64,000 nt of DNA from Pseudomonadota bacterium (GTDB lineage Bacteria; Myxococcota; JACRCW01; JAFGSX01), in contig JBDRCO010000046.1 in assembly GCA_043821645.1 (NCBI GenBank), forward strand, positions 64,001-128,000, in the 5' to 3' direction. The stretch's first letter is position 1. Each line of letters opens with the position of its first letter. The notes beneath the pieces are model-generated. The model searched no databases. It had not been told where the DNA came from and was given only the letters and a program-made list of their open reading frames with translations. This document shows positions 30,401 to 38,874 of this stretch, piece after piece. The translations under genes and the position numbers were made by a program.

Positions 30401-31202
30401 CCGTGAGCCGCACCGTCGTCTTGAAGCCCCGGTCCAGGCTCCCGAGCTGCACCAGCACGGGTGTGCGACCCGCGGCCACATGCAGACCCACCGCGTGCTG
30501 CTCGAAGCTCCAGGCGTGGCGCTCGTCGAAGCAGCGCCGGGGCAGGGTGCCGACGTGCAGGCACAGCTGATCGGTGGTGCCCAGGCGCAGGGCCAGGTCG
30601 ACCGCGCGCGGCGCCTCGATCTCGAACAGGAGCAGGGCCGCAACCTCGTCCGCAGGATCGAGCAGGGCACCGAGATCGAGGTAGCCCTCGGTGTCGCCGG
30701 CTTCGACCCGGCGCCAGGACACCGGACCGAGCTTGCCAGCCGCGGGCGCCGACAGGTCCAGCAGGTCCGGGTCGACGGGGAGTCCGGCGAGACCCGAACC
30801 TCCGGTGTTGTCCAGAGGTCCCAGCAGCCAGAACCTGGTGACCAGGCCGGTGTCGGCGAGCAGACGCCGGGCCCGGGCATCGTCGCCGGCGCGTCGGGCC
30901 CTCCGGGCGGCCAGGGCGCGGGCGTGGTCGCGCAGCGCCGGGAAGCTCCGCGGGTCCTCGGCGATGTGGTCGACGAGGGCGTCGAGGGCCGTGGTGTCGA
31001 CCAGGTGGGCGCGGAGCCACAGCAGCCGATGGAGGTCCGCGAAGCCATCGAGGGTGCGCGAATGCGCGCGGAGGGCTGCCAGGGCAGAGGTCCACTCGCG
31101 CTCGAGAGAGGTCGGCGTGGTGCTGGGGTGCGCGCCGACCAGCAGCAGCGCAAGGGCCAGGGTCGCGGCGAGACGGCCGGGTACGCGGTGGCGGGGCGTC
31201 AT
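27474..31202 (-). CDS. Secreted TPR + DUF3857 + transglutaminase-like protein with an intact Cys-His-Asp triad
   Basis: RYVGIELGIHG, GYGDCKDKATLL, FNHAIAY and YLDGT; signal peptide; many TPRs. Confidence 0.88.
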   Translation of the reverse strand: MTPRHRVPGRLAATLALALLLVGAHPSTTPTSLEREWTSALAALRAHSRTLDGFADLHRLLWLRAHLVDTTALDALVDHIAEDPRSFPALRDHARALAARRARRAGDDARARRLLADTGLVTRFWLLGPLDNTGGSGLAGLPVDPDLLDLSAPAAGKLGPVSWRRVEAGDTEGYLDLGALLDPADEVAALLLFEIEAPRAVDLALRLGTTDQLCLHVGTLPRRCFDERHAWSFEQHAVGLHVAAGRTPVLVQLGSLDRGFKTTVRLTALDGSAVPTDVRVALPEPATPLQMKGHAVTARSVLDLIPALEARAQGRRGNQRADALVDLARTQTALHASDLRADPTPQAVVLRQALTLRPDDAWVLLLLGHALSVHDPNAGREAFERALRVNPQLGPAHLALGKHRQGRMLYHEALPSLRQAHTLEPGDPLALLTLVETLRERDPDDDEARELIERFVHAHRTTTGVAGGPEVARRWMHDLEEAGRHREARELATAMLEHDATDSGALRVLLHGAEVAGDLERVLALQRRFIACDPQAPGPRLRLAHRLAWNDRHDEATRLLEEMAQRFPDHAEFSQALGETRLLAGDRDGAARAWQRSLARRPQQPELRRRLEALTRASDTSMLPAIDVTALRRLQVPDSARAFGAVVLQQRSVTRLFENGLYRTDEEISLRLLDAGRAEVLRKQGVPYSPGREIASVQLAERIDARGLSLPPDRVRDSGSSGRSQGVYSDRAAMVVEFGELQTGDIVRVRSRVEAVGEVNLFGDFFGQILTAQRQWPVLHYSHTVLAPRSRPLYVHVQGLRHEVEDDGGPWIAHHFTVDNLPGHPIEPLMPPWLETVPWFSVSTYQSWEEMLHWYAQLIEDQYQLDDSTRALAQHLVDGVALDDTRERVRRIHDHVVKKTRYVGIELGIHGWKPYRASVVHRRGYGDCKDKATLLVAMLGEVGVEARLVLLRTVNLGELAREPASMWAFNHAIAYVPALDLYLDGTAEFSGLDELPTVDQGAMALRVGRDGSGELVHIPLQPAARNLNTSEYRIALDDKGTARLSGTERFWGARAARLRRQFEDPATRQEHLEREVSEGFAGAVVHAVEFSDLDDLNAEVWYRFEASLPARAQPVDGGWRLPISLYPHGLASAYASSPQRRTDLVLDHPWRTRNVMHYTLPPGVRGRALPQPVRITTPHLVFEQRIEATAEGVLVDEVTELPSRRVPVADYQGFREACLRADAAMQQRLELVRSPQTVGGAP

Positions 31203-32998
31203 GGTGCCGACGGCGCAGTCACGGGTGTGGCACGACGCCGCGAACGCGTCAGGGGGCCTTCGAGCACACGCAGGGTCGACCTCATGCGGGGGTTGGCGAG
31301 GAACCCCGCGAGCATCAACTCCGGCCTGATGAGCGGATCGAAGCGCCGGATCTCCGCCGGGCGGTGGGTCAGCACGAGCTTCTCGATACGGGCCGCGAGC
31401 CGGGTCGTGGCGACGAGGAGCGAACGCCGGGGTCCTATCTGTAACTGGATCTTTTCCTCGGGCAGGAAGCTCAGCGGGTCCACCGCGAGCAGATCGCGCT
31501 CGATGGCGTCGAAGTAGGGTGGTGGCGCGCCGAAGCGGCGAATCTCGCTGGTGTCGAGCACCGAGCTATCGTGACTCCTCGACGAGGAGAATGCGGCGCG
31601 TGTGTGCTCGACCAGTTCCCGGCACATGGCCTGCACTGTCGCCGTCTGATCGACCTCGATCAGATCCTCGACCACCTGGCCAGCCAGGTTCTGTTCGAGC
31701 GGCGCGCCGAGCATGGCCAGTACGCTGGGTCCGAGCTGCAGCAGATCGACCTGCACCTCGCTGGGCGGCGTGCCCAGTCCTCGGATCCACATCGCGGCAC
31801 TCCCGCCCAGACCTGCCGGGTGACCGTCGTCGTCGAAGGTGATGCCATCCTCGGCCACGATGGCTAGGGCAGAACCTGGTTCCAGCTCGAGGAGACCGGC
31901 AACGCGCTTCACTGCGGAGCGCCAGGGCCCGGCCTGGGTGGCCCACAGATCCGCGGCATGGAACCGATCACCGCTCAGGGCGTCGCCATCCTTCTGCAGG
32001 TGCAGAGGGTCTCGACCCTGCACCACGGTGTAGCGAAGTTGCGCGGCACCGCGGCTCTCGAGACGCGCGCTGCCATCCCGGTTCACCACGGTCAGCACCT
32101 GCCCGGCTGCACCCGCGGCCTGGCGGGCCACCACCAGCGCCACACCTTCGATCATGGCCAGCTCGCGGAGGACCGCCGGACCGCTGCGACGGCCGCGCGC
32201 GGTCGCGTCCAGCAGCTCCTCGAAGGTGGACGGAGCCGGTGTGACGCCGGCCGGCAGGGTCCGACGGGGCTGCACCAGGGCCACACCACCGCGATGGCGC
32301 ACATCGAGAGGAGAGAATGCGTGCAGGAGATTTTTCAGGCGCCCCTGCCGTCGCTCGCGGGGCGGGAGCAAAGGGGCAAGCACCCTGTCCACGTCGATCC
32401 GACGCGGGCTGTCGACGAGCCCAGCCGGCGAGACGAGGATGAAGCTGCTGTGATCGAGCAGACCGCGCGCCTGGTACCAGGTGACCAGGGCGTCGACCTC
32501 GTGGTCGAGCTGGGCCAGGGCTGCCGTGGCTTGCACGCTGGCGCGGCCGTGGCTGCTGGCCAGCCGAGCAAAACGCGCGTCATGGGCGACCACCAGCACC
32601 GGTGGCAGTGCGTCCTGAGGGATCCTCTGCAGCGCCGCCAGCACGCTCGTGAGGTCGCGGCCACTTGCGGTGACCTGGCCAGGGCCATCCAGACCCTCCA
32701 GTTCCGGGGGCAGCAGGCAGTCTCCCGTGAGGAGACTCTGCGGGCGACCGGTCGCGACGCTGCAGGCTTCTCCGACCCCGCGCTGTGGCCACCAGGCGCT
32801 CGAGGGCAGGTGCCGTCCCGCGTCGACGAACTGGCGGCGGATCGCTGCCAGGGCGCCCACCTTGAGGCGTGCCTCGAGCTCGCCATCCCCCAGGCCGTCG
32901 ACGACGAGCAGGACGGCGTGCCGACCCGTGTACCAGTTCGGTGTCGCCGAGGAGATGGCGGCGGTGAGCAGCAGCGCAGGTACGAGCAGCACGATCAC
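31199..32998 (-). CDS. Secreted alkaline phosphatase/nucleotide pyrophosphatase-superfamily protein, degenerate
   Basis: LLVVDGLG strand and ALAQLD.EV..L...RGLLD.S.FILVS fold pattern, but SDHG is replaced by SPAG. Confidence 0.7.
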   Translation of the reverse strand: MIVLLVPALLLTAAISSATPNWYTGRHAVLLVVDGLGDGELEARLKVGALAAIRRQFVDAGRHLPSSAWWPQRGVGEACSVATGRPQSLLTGDCLLPPELEGLDGPGQVTASGRDLTSVLAALQRIPQDALPPVLVVAHDARFARLASSHGRASVQATAALAQLDHEVDALVTWYQARGLLDHSSFILVSPAGLVDSPRRIDVDRVLAPLLPPRERRQGRLKNLLHAFSPLDVRHRGGVALVQPRRTLPAGVTPAPSTFEELLDATARGRRSGPAVLRELAMIEGVALVVARQAAGAAGQVLTVVNRDGSARLESRGAAQLRYTVVQGRDPLHLQKDGDALSGDRFHAADLWATQAGPWRSAVKRVAGLLELEPGSALAIVAEDGITFDDDGHPAGLGGSAAMWIRGLGTPPSEVQVDLLQLGPSVLAMLGAPLEQNLAGQVVEDLIEVDQTATVQAMCRELVEHTRAAFSSSRSHDSSVLDTSEIRRFGAPPPYFDAIERDLLAVDPLSFLPEEKIQLQIGPRRSLLVATTRLAARIEKLVLTHRPAEIRRFDPLIRPELMLAGFLANPRMRSTLRVLEGPLTRSRRRATPVTAPSAP

Positions 32999-33000
32999 CT

Positions 33001-33429
33001 CTACAGGATGCGGCAGAAGGTCAGCTCGGAGCCGCCGAAGTCAAACAACAAACCCAGGCGCACGCCCGCCGCGCCCAGGCCTTGCAGGACATGGTCCTTG
33101 AAGCGCACGTCCAGGTGACCCTGGGCCATGACCTTGACCAGCAGCGCGTCGTCGACCAGCACGTCCGCCATGTAGCTGCCGACCACCTCGCCGCGGAAAG
33201 CCACGCTCAGGGCGACGTTCTTCTGGCAGCGTACCGCGCGTCGTCGCAGCTCGACCACCAGCGCATTGCGGTACACCGTGACGTCGTAAAAGGGCCCCAG
33301 GGCCGAGCGCACCGCCAGTGCACTGTCGACCACCTCAGCAGTTAGCCGATCGCGCAGCACCTCCTCGGGGAGGGCGGGCGCGGTGCGGCGTGCGAGCCGG
33401 GTCGAGTTGCGAGACTGCGCGCTGGTCAT
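33001..33429 (-). CDS. GxxExxY-family (PD-(D/E)xK-like) protein, degenerate
   Basis: ALAVRSALGP...VYRNAL..EL, YMADVLVDD and LGLLFDFG fit the family layout. GAGG RBS before ATG 33429. Confidence 0.8.
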   Translation of the reverse strand: MTSAQSRNSTRLARRTAPALPEEVLRDRLTAEVVDSALAVRSALGPFYDVTVYRNALVVELRRRAVRCQKNVALSVAFRGEVVGSYMADVLVDDALLVKVMAQGHLDVRFKDHVLQGLGAAGVRLGLLFDFGGSELTFCRIL

Positions 33430-33565
33430 CGTCCTCTCGCGTGGGTTCGCCCTCCACGATAGAACGGTCCGGTCGCGGGGTCGAGCGAGCGCTGGCCCGC
33501 TCCCGTTCCATCCCGGCGCTGCCCACCGGTCAAAGGCCTGGGGACCGCCGCAGCTCAACAGGCTT

Positions 33566-35107
33566 CTAGGAGGAGATCGTCACGCTGCGCTCACCCCTGT
33601 GCAGCTTGTCCTTGACCAGGTCCACGGCGCGATCCACCGGGATGCGCTCCTGCTTCATGTCGTCGCGGTAGCGCACCGTGATGGTGCCGTCCTCCTTGGT
33701 CTGCCCGTCGATCGTCAGGCAATAGGGGGTGCCGGCCTCGTCGTGGCGACGGTAGCGGCGACCGATGGCATGTTGCTCGTCGAAGCGGGTATGGATGCCT
33801 TCGCCCAGGAACTTCTTCACGATGCCGTGGGCGATCTCGGGCAGACCATCCTTCTTGACCAGGGGAAGGATGGCCGCCTTGTATGGTGCCAGGCGCGGGT
33901 GCAGGCGCAGCACCACGCGGGTGGCATCCTCGCCCTTGGCGTCAGGCACGGCTTCCTCGGTGTAGGCGTCGAGCAGCAGCATCAGCAGGGTGCGGGTGGC
34001 ACCGGCCGCGGGTTCGATGACGTACGGCGTGAAGCGCAGGCCGGGCTTTCCGGTCTCGGGGTTGAGCTTCTGGGGGTCAAAGAAGCTGAGCTTCTTGCCC
34101 GAGTGGGTCGAGTGCTTCTGCAGGTCGTAGTCGGTGCGGCTGGCGATGCCCTCGAGCTCATCCCAGCCCCAGGGGTACTCCCATTCGATGTCGTAGCAGG
34201 CGTCGGCGTAGTGGGCGAGCTCGCTGGTTTCGTGGGCACGTGCGCGCAGTTTGTCCGGGCTGTTGACGTAGCGGCGATACCAGGCCAGGCGCTCGTCCTT
34301 CCAGGTCTCGAGCCACTCCTTGTGCGTGCCCGGCTCGACGAAGAACTCCATCTCCATCTGCTCGAACTCGCAGGAGCGAAAGATGAAGTGCTCGACGGTG
34401 ATCTCGTTGCGGAAGCTCTTGCCCATCTGGGCGATGCCGAAGGGTACCTTGAGGCCCATGGTCTCCTGCACGTTCTGGAACTGCACGAACATGGCCTGGG
34501 CGGTCTCGGGGCGCAGGTAGACCGCGCTCTCACCGATGATCTTCTCCAGTGCCTCGCGCAGCGCCGGACCCTCGAGGTCGCGGTGCTGCTCGACGTAGCG
34601 CGCCATGTCGCCCACGGGATCCACCGGACCGAGGCTGGAGCGAAACATGAGGTTGAAGTGGCGCTCGTCGCTGAGGTCCGGGCTGCCGCAGACCGGGCAC
34701 ACGTAGCCGCGGTTGGCCACGCCCTTGAGCTTCTTGCCGCTCTTCTTGCCGCCCTCGCTGTATTCGACCTCGGTGCCTGTCGCCACCACCGGGGCCTTGT
34801 CAGCCCGAAAGCGCTCCTTGCAGTTCTTGCAGTCGACCAGGGGATCGCTGAACCCGGCGAGGTGTCCCGAGGCCTCCCACACCCGCGTATGCATGATGAT
34901 GGCGGCGTCGAGCCCGACCACGTCGTCGCGCTCGTACACCATGGCGCGCCACCACTCGTTCATCAGGTTGCGCTTGAGCTCGATACCCAGAGGGCCGTAG
35001 TCGTAGGCGCTCTTGAGACCGCCGTAGATCTCGGAAGACTGGAACACGAAGCCCCGGCGCTTGCACAGGCTGACGATCTTCTGCATCAGGTCGAGATTTT
35101 CTGCCAT
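33566..35107 (-). CDS. glyQS: Glycine--tRNA ligase, homodimeric (alpha2) type
   Basis: CKRRGF, YDYGPLG, YLRPETAQ, GKSFRNEI, EFEQMEME, PYVIEP and the C-terminal anticodon-binding domain. Confidence 0.96.
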   Translation of the reverse strand: MAENLDLMQKIVSLCKRRGFVFQSSEIYGGLKSAYDYGPLGIELKRNLMNEWWRAMVYERDDVVGLDAAIIMHTRVWEASGHLAGFSDPLVDCKNCKERFRADKAPVVATGTEVEYSEGGKKSGKKLKGVANRGYVCPVCGSPDLSDERHFNLMFRSSLGPVDPVGDMARYVEQHRDLEGPALREALEKIIGESAVYLRPETAQAMFVQFQNVQETMGLKVPFGIAQMGKSFRNEITVEHFIFRSCEFEQMEMEFFVEPGTHKEWLETWKDERLAWYRRYVNSPDKLRARAHETSELAHYADACYDIEWEYPWGWDELEGIASRTDYDLQKHSTHSGKKLSFFDPQKLNPETGKPGLRFTPYVIEPAAGATRTLLMLLLDAYTEEAVPDAKGEDATRVVLRLHPRLAPYKAAILPLVKKDGLPEIAHGIVKKFLGEGIHTRFDEQHAIGRRYRRHDEAGTPYCLTIDGQTKEDGTITVRYRDDMKQERIPVDRAVDLVKDKLHRGERSVTISS

Positions 35108-35229
35108 GGGGGCGCTCCGTGTCGTCGCGATGTCCAGCTGCGACGAAGCCGGCATCCAAGTCGAGCAGGCAGGGGATGGCAAGGGCAAAGCGTTCCGGGC
35201 AGGCATCGCGATCAGGTCGCGCATCACCG

Positions 35230-35259
35230 TTGAGCCCACGCCGCACCTGCTGCTAGCAT
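35230..35259 (+). promoter_or_regulatory. Putative sigma70 promoter (extended -10) for the Gfo/Idh/MocA gene
   Basis: TTGAGC-N18-TAGCAT with a TG extension. Confidence 0.4.
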
Positions 35260-35316
35260 CCCCCGGCCCTGGCACCCCTGCAGGTTCGACGTCAGCGTGC
35301 CAGGAGGGGGCTGATC

Positions 35317-36798
35317 GTGATCCACGTTGCCCTGATCGGCTGCGGGCGCATCGCAGACCTGCACGCGCTGGGTTACCGCGACAACGCGCGCGCGCGCATC
35401 CACAGTGTGTGCGATCTGGACCCGGCTGTTGCCGAGCGCCGCAGGCAGGAGTGGGGTGCCGACAAGGTCGCACGCTTCGAGGCCATCCTGGCAGACCCCG
35501 AGATCCACGCGGTGGAGATCCTGACCCCGCATGACCAGCACGAGCGCCAGGTCGTGCAGGCGCTGCAGGCGGGCAAGCACGTGGCGCTGCAGAAGCCCAT
35601 GACCACGGATCTCGCCAGCGCCGACCGCATGCTGCAGGCGGCGGCCGCGCGGCCCGATCGCGTGTTCAAGGTCACCGACAACTACCTGACCTATCCGCCG
35701 CTGGTGCTGGCCAAGAAGCTCCTCGACGAGGGCGCCATCGGTGATCCCCTGAGCCTGCATCTCAAGTACATCGGTGGGTCTTCGGGGGGCTGGCCCATCG
35801 AGGCCACCTCCTGGGACTGGCGCATCCGCGAGGCCGTGGCCGGCCGCCCCTTCGTGACCTTCGATCATGGCCACCACATGCTCGCCGTGGCCTGGCACCT
35901 GTTCGGTGAGGTCGAGCGGGTTGTGGCCTGGATAGATAGCCTTGATGGCGTGGTGGACTCGCCCGCCGTGATCATGTGGAAGCACCAGGGGGCCAAGCGC
36001 TACGGCGTGCTCGATGCGGTGCATGCCCCGGACATGCACGTGCCGTCGAAGTACTACGCCAACGACGAGTGGTTCGAGATCGCAGGCTCCCGGGGGCTGC
36101 TGCTGCTGCGGCGCTGCACCGGCAATGTGCTCGACGGGCCTCCTGTGTCCCTCTTCGACGGTCAGGGCTGGAAGCACTTTGACGACGTCGACTCAGACTG
36201 GGCTGCGGGTTTTGTCGGCGCCACCCACAACTTCCTCGATGCCATCGAGGGCAAGGCGCCCCCCCTGCTCACCGGCGCCCAGGGCCGCGAGGTGCTGCGC
36301 TTCAGTCTCGCCCTGCAGCGCTCGGCCGCGGTGCGGCGCGAGGTCTACCTCGACGAGATGGATGGAACGATCGGGCGCCTGGGGGCCTGGCAGAGACGGC
36401 GCCGTGAGCAGCGACCGGCCCAGGGTTCCCGCTTCTCACTGCGTGGGGGTGGTCGCACCACGCGCTACGCGCCTCTGGCCCGATCGCTCACCGACGAGCT
36501 GGTGCGCAGCGTCGATGCCGCCACGGCGAGGCAGATAGATTTCGATGTGGGCGTGCGGCTCACCACCGACGGTGGCGTCGAGGACACGATGGGCTTCTTC
36601 TTCTCGGACGGACGCGTGCGCTGCGAACGCGGCAGCTTGCCCGAGCACGCCGGGGTGACCTTGACCCTGCCTGCGGGCCTGTGGGCGGCCATCCTGATGC
36701 GCAAGGCCAGGGTCGAGACGGCCCTGTTGCGTGGGCAGATCCGTTTCGATGGCAAGCCCGAGCTGGCGCTCAAGCTGCGCAAGGTGTTCCAGCTGTGA
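35317..36798 (+). CDS. Gfo/Idh/MocA-family oxidoreductase fused to a C-terminal SCP2 sterol-binding-like domain
   Basis: VALIGCGRIA, GKHVALQKPM and DHGHH. The C-terminal ...ALLRGQIRFDGKPELALKL is typical of SCP2. Confidence 0.85.
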   Translation: MIHVALIGCGRIADLHALGYRDNARARIHSVCDLDPAVAERRRQEWGADKVARFEAILADPEIHAVEILTPHDQHERQVVQALQAGKHVALQKPMTTDLASADRMLQAAAARPDRVFKVTDNYLTYPPLVLAKKLLDEGAIGDPLSLHLKYIGGSSGGWPIEATSWDWRIREAVAGRPFVTFDHGHHMLAVAWHLFGEVERVVAWIDSLDGVVDSPAVIMWKHQGAKRYGVLDAVHAPDMHVPSKYYANDEWFEIAGSRGLLLLRRCTGNVLDGPPVSLFDGQGWKHFDDVDSDWAAGFVGATHNFLDAIEGKAPPLLTGAQGREVLRFSLALQRSAAVRREVYLDEMDGTIGRLGAWQRRRREQRPAQGSRFSLRGGGRTTRYAPLARSLTDELVRSVDAATARQIDFDVGVRLTTDGGVEDTMGFFFSDGRVRCERGSLPEHAGVTLTLPAGLWAAILMRKARVETALLRGQIRFDGKPELALKLRKVFQL

Positions 36799-36845
36799 CC
36801 GAGGGTGGAATTGCCAGAGCGGGGGCGCGTTCCCAGGGAGCAGAC

Positions 36846-38864
36846 ATGCAGGTGCCTCGACTCATTGGCATCGATCGACTGCTGCCTGGCGAGGCGCTGG
36901 TCAATGCCGACCAGGCGCTGCGATCGCGTGTGCTTGCGGTCTCCATCCTGCTGCTCACGGCGCTGAGTGCGGCCTTTGGATATCTCATCGGCTCCCTCCA
37001 GGTCCCCTTCAACTGGAGCGATCCGGCCACGCTGGTGCTCTTCGTCTGCACCGGTATCGGCCTGTTCACCAGTGTCTATTTTCGCATTTTCTTCCACTAC
37101 AGGCTGGTCTCGCTGTCGGTACCCGTGATCACGCTCACGGCCATCTTCGCCATGCTCTCGCAGTTCGGCCTGGAGCATCAGTCCTTGTGGTTCCTCACCG
37201 TGGTCCCCCTGATCTCGACCATCCTGGTGGGGCCGCGCCTGGCTTCGCTGTTCACGACCGTGGCCGTGACGGGCATCCTGTACTTCTGGTGGAACTGGCA
37301 AGACTACCTGCTCGCGGGCAATTCCTATTCCAACCCGAGCTGGCACTTTGGCTTTCATGCCGGCGCCTGCATCACGTCCATCGTCGTCATTCACGTGATC
37401 TCGCACCTCTTCGAGTGGCAGCGACAGCAGGCCGTGGCGCAGGCCACGCACAGCATGGCCGAGTTCGTCCGCGCCAACGCGGAGCTGAGCGAGGCTCTGA
37501 CTCAGGTCGAGCTCGCCAAGCGCAGCACCGAGCAGGATTCGGTCCATAAGAGCGAGTTCATCCGCAAGATGACCGGTGCGGCCGCCTCCCAGGGGGTGGC
37601 CCTGCGCTCGACCCGGGCAGCCATGGCGCAGATGAATGAACTCAGTCGCACCATCGACCAGAGCGCCGGGATCATGGCCCGCTCGGCCGAGGACAGCAGC
37701 ACCGCCGCGGATCAGATCGCGGCCACCACCCAGGGCGTGATGCGACAGATCGAGTCCGTGGTGACCACGGTGGACCAGACCGCGGCCTCCACCGACGAGA
37801 TGGTCGAGGTCATCGGGCACGTGGCTGCCAACGTCGAGGCTCTGCGCACCGACGTGGATCAGACCTCGGCGGCCATGCAGCAGATGGAGACCTCCATCGC
37901 CCATGTGGAGCAGAACGCCAGCCGCACCGCGACCCTGGCGGACGACGTGATTGCCCACGCTGCCCGGGGCTCCTCCTCGCTACAGAAGACCCTGAAAGGC
38001 GTCGAGGCCATCCGCAACAGCTCGGCGCAGGCCTCCGAGGTGATCCGGCGCCTGGTCGACGAGATTGGTTCGATTGGTCGCATCCTCACGGTCATCGAGG
38101 ACGTCGCCGACCAGACCAAGCTCCTCGCGCTCAACGCCTCCATCATCGCCGCCCAGGCCGGAACCGAGGGGCGAGGCTTCGCGGTGGTGGCCGAGGAGAT
38201 CAAAAATCTGGCAGCGCGCAGCGCGGACTCGACCAAGGAGATCGGGGCTCTCGTGACCTCGGTGCAGCAGCGCGGCCGCGAGGTGATCCGGGCCATTGAC
38301 GACGGAGACGCAGCGGTGCACGCCGGGCACCGCCAGACCCAGGAGACCGAGCAGGTGTTTGCCGAGATCGTCACGGCCTCGGCGAGCTCCAACCAGATGG
38401 TGCAGGCCATCGCCCGCTCTGCCTCGGAGCAGGCGCGCGCCACCGCCTCGGTCGCCCTGGCCATGGAGCGCATCGCGACCGCAGCGAACCAGGTCGCGGG
38501 CTCCACGCGGGAGCAGAAGCGCGGTGCCCAGCAGCTCCGCGAGGCCACCCAGCACCTGCGCCTGGTCGCCGAGCACGTCGAGCGCTCGTCCAGGGAGCAG
38601 GCGGAGGGCATCCAGCACATCCTCGATGCCCTGCGCCGTATCACCGAGCTGGTGCAGCGCGTTCACGAGGCGCAGACAGATCAGACCTCGCGCAGCGCCC
38701 AGGTCCTCGATGCGGTCGAGGAGGCCCTGGCCTCGCAGCTGGAGCAGGTGGAATCGCTGGAGCTGTTCGGTGGATCGCTCGCTGCGCGCGTTCCGGAACC
38801 CCGCCCCGTCCCCGGTGCGGCTCCGGCCAGGTCCCCGCCGGGGCGCTCGCCGTCGCCAGGCTGA
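36846..38864 (+). CDS. Methyl-accepting chemotaxis protein with a multi-TM N-terminus
   Basis: IEDVADQTKLLALNASIIAAQAG..GRGFAVVAEEIKNLA hairpin motif; about 5 TM segments. Confidence 0.92.
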   Translation: MQVPRLIGIDRLLPGEALVNADQALRSRVLAVSILLLTALSAAFGYLIGSLQVPFNWSDPATLVLFVCTGIGLFTSVYFRIFFHYRLVSLSVPVITLTAIFAMLSQFGLEHQSLWFLTVVPLISTILVGPRLASLFTTVAVTGILYFWWNWQDYLLAGNSYSNPSWHFGFHAGACITSIVVIHVISHLFEWQRQQAVAQATHSMAEFVRANAELSEALTQVELAKRSTEQDSVHKSEFIRKMTGAAASQGVALRSTRAAMAQMNELSRTIDQSAGIMARSAEDSSTAADQIAATTQGVMRQIESVVTTVDQTAASTDEMVEVIGHVAANVEALRTDVDQTSAAMQQMETSIAHVEQNASRTATLADDVIAHAARGSSSLQKTLKGVEAIRNSSAQASEVIRRLVDEIGSIGRILTVIEDVADQTKLLALNASIIAAQAGTEGRGFAVVAEEIKNLAARSADSTKEIGALVTSVQQRGREVIRAIDDGDAAVHAGHRQTQETEQVFAEIVTASASSNQMVQAIARSASEQARATASVALAMERIATAANQVAGSTREQKRGAQQLREATQHLRLVAEHVERSSREQAEGIQHILDALRRITELVQRVHEAQTDQTSRSAQVLDAVEEALASQLEQVESLELFGGSLAARVPEPRPVPGAAPARSPPGRSPSPG

Positions 38865-38874
38865 CCACAGCGCC

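Noticed and set aside
27384-31517. Very long antisense or alternate-frame ORFs (1377 aa here; also 1956-4403, 59450-62803, 46224-47960 and others)
   Set aside because: Shadow ORFs expected opposite real genes in high-GC DNA; no motifs and skewed composition.
35108-35316. Possible T-box leader upstream of glyQS
   Set aside because: No T-box consensus (GGTGGNACCGCG) or terminator on the minus strand.
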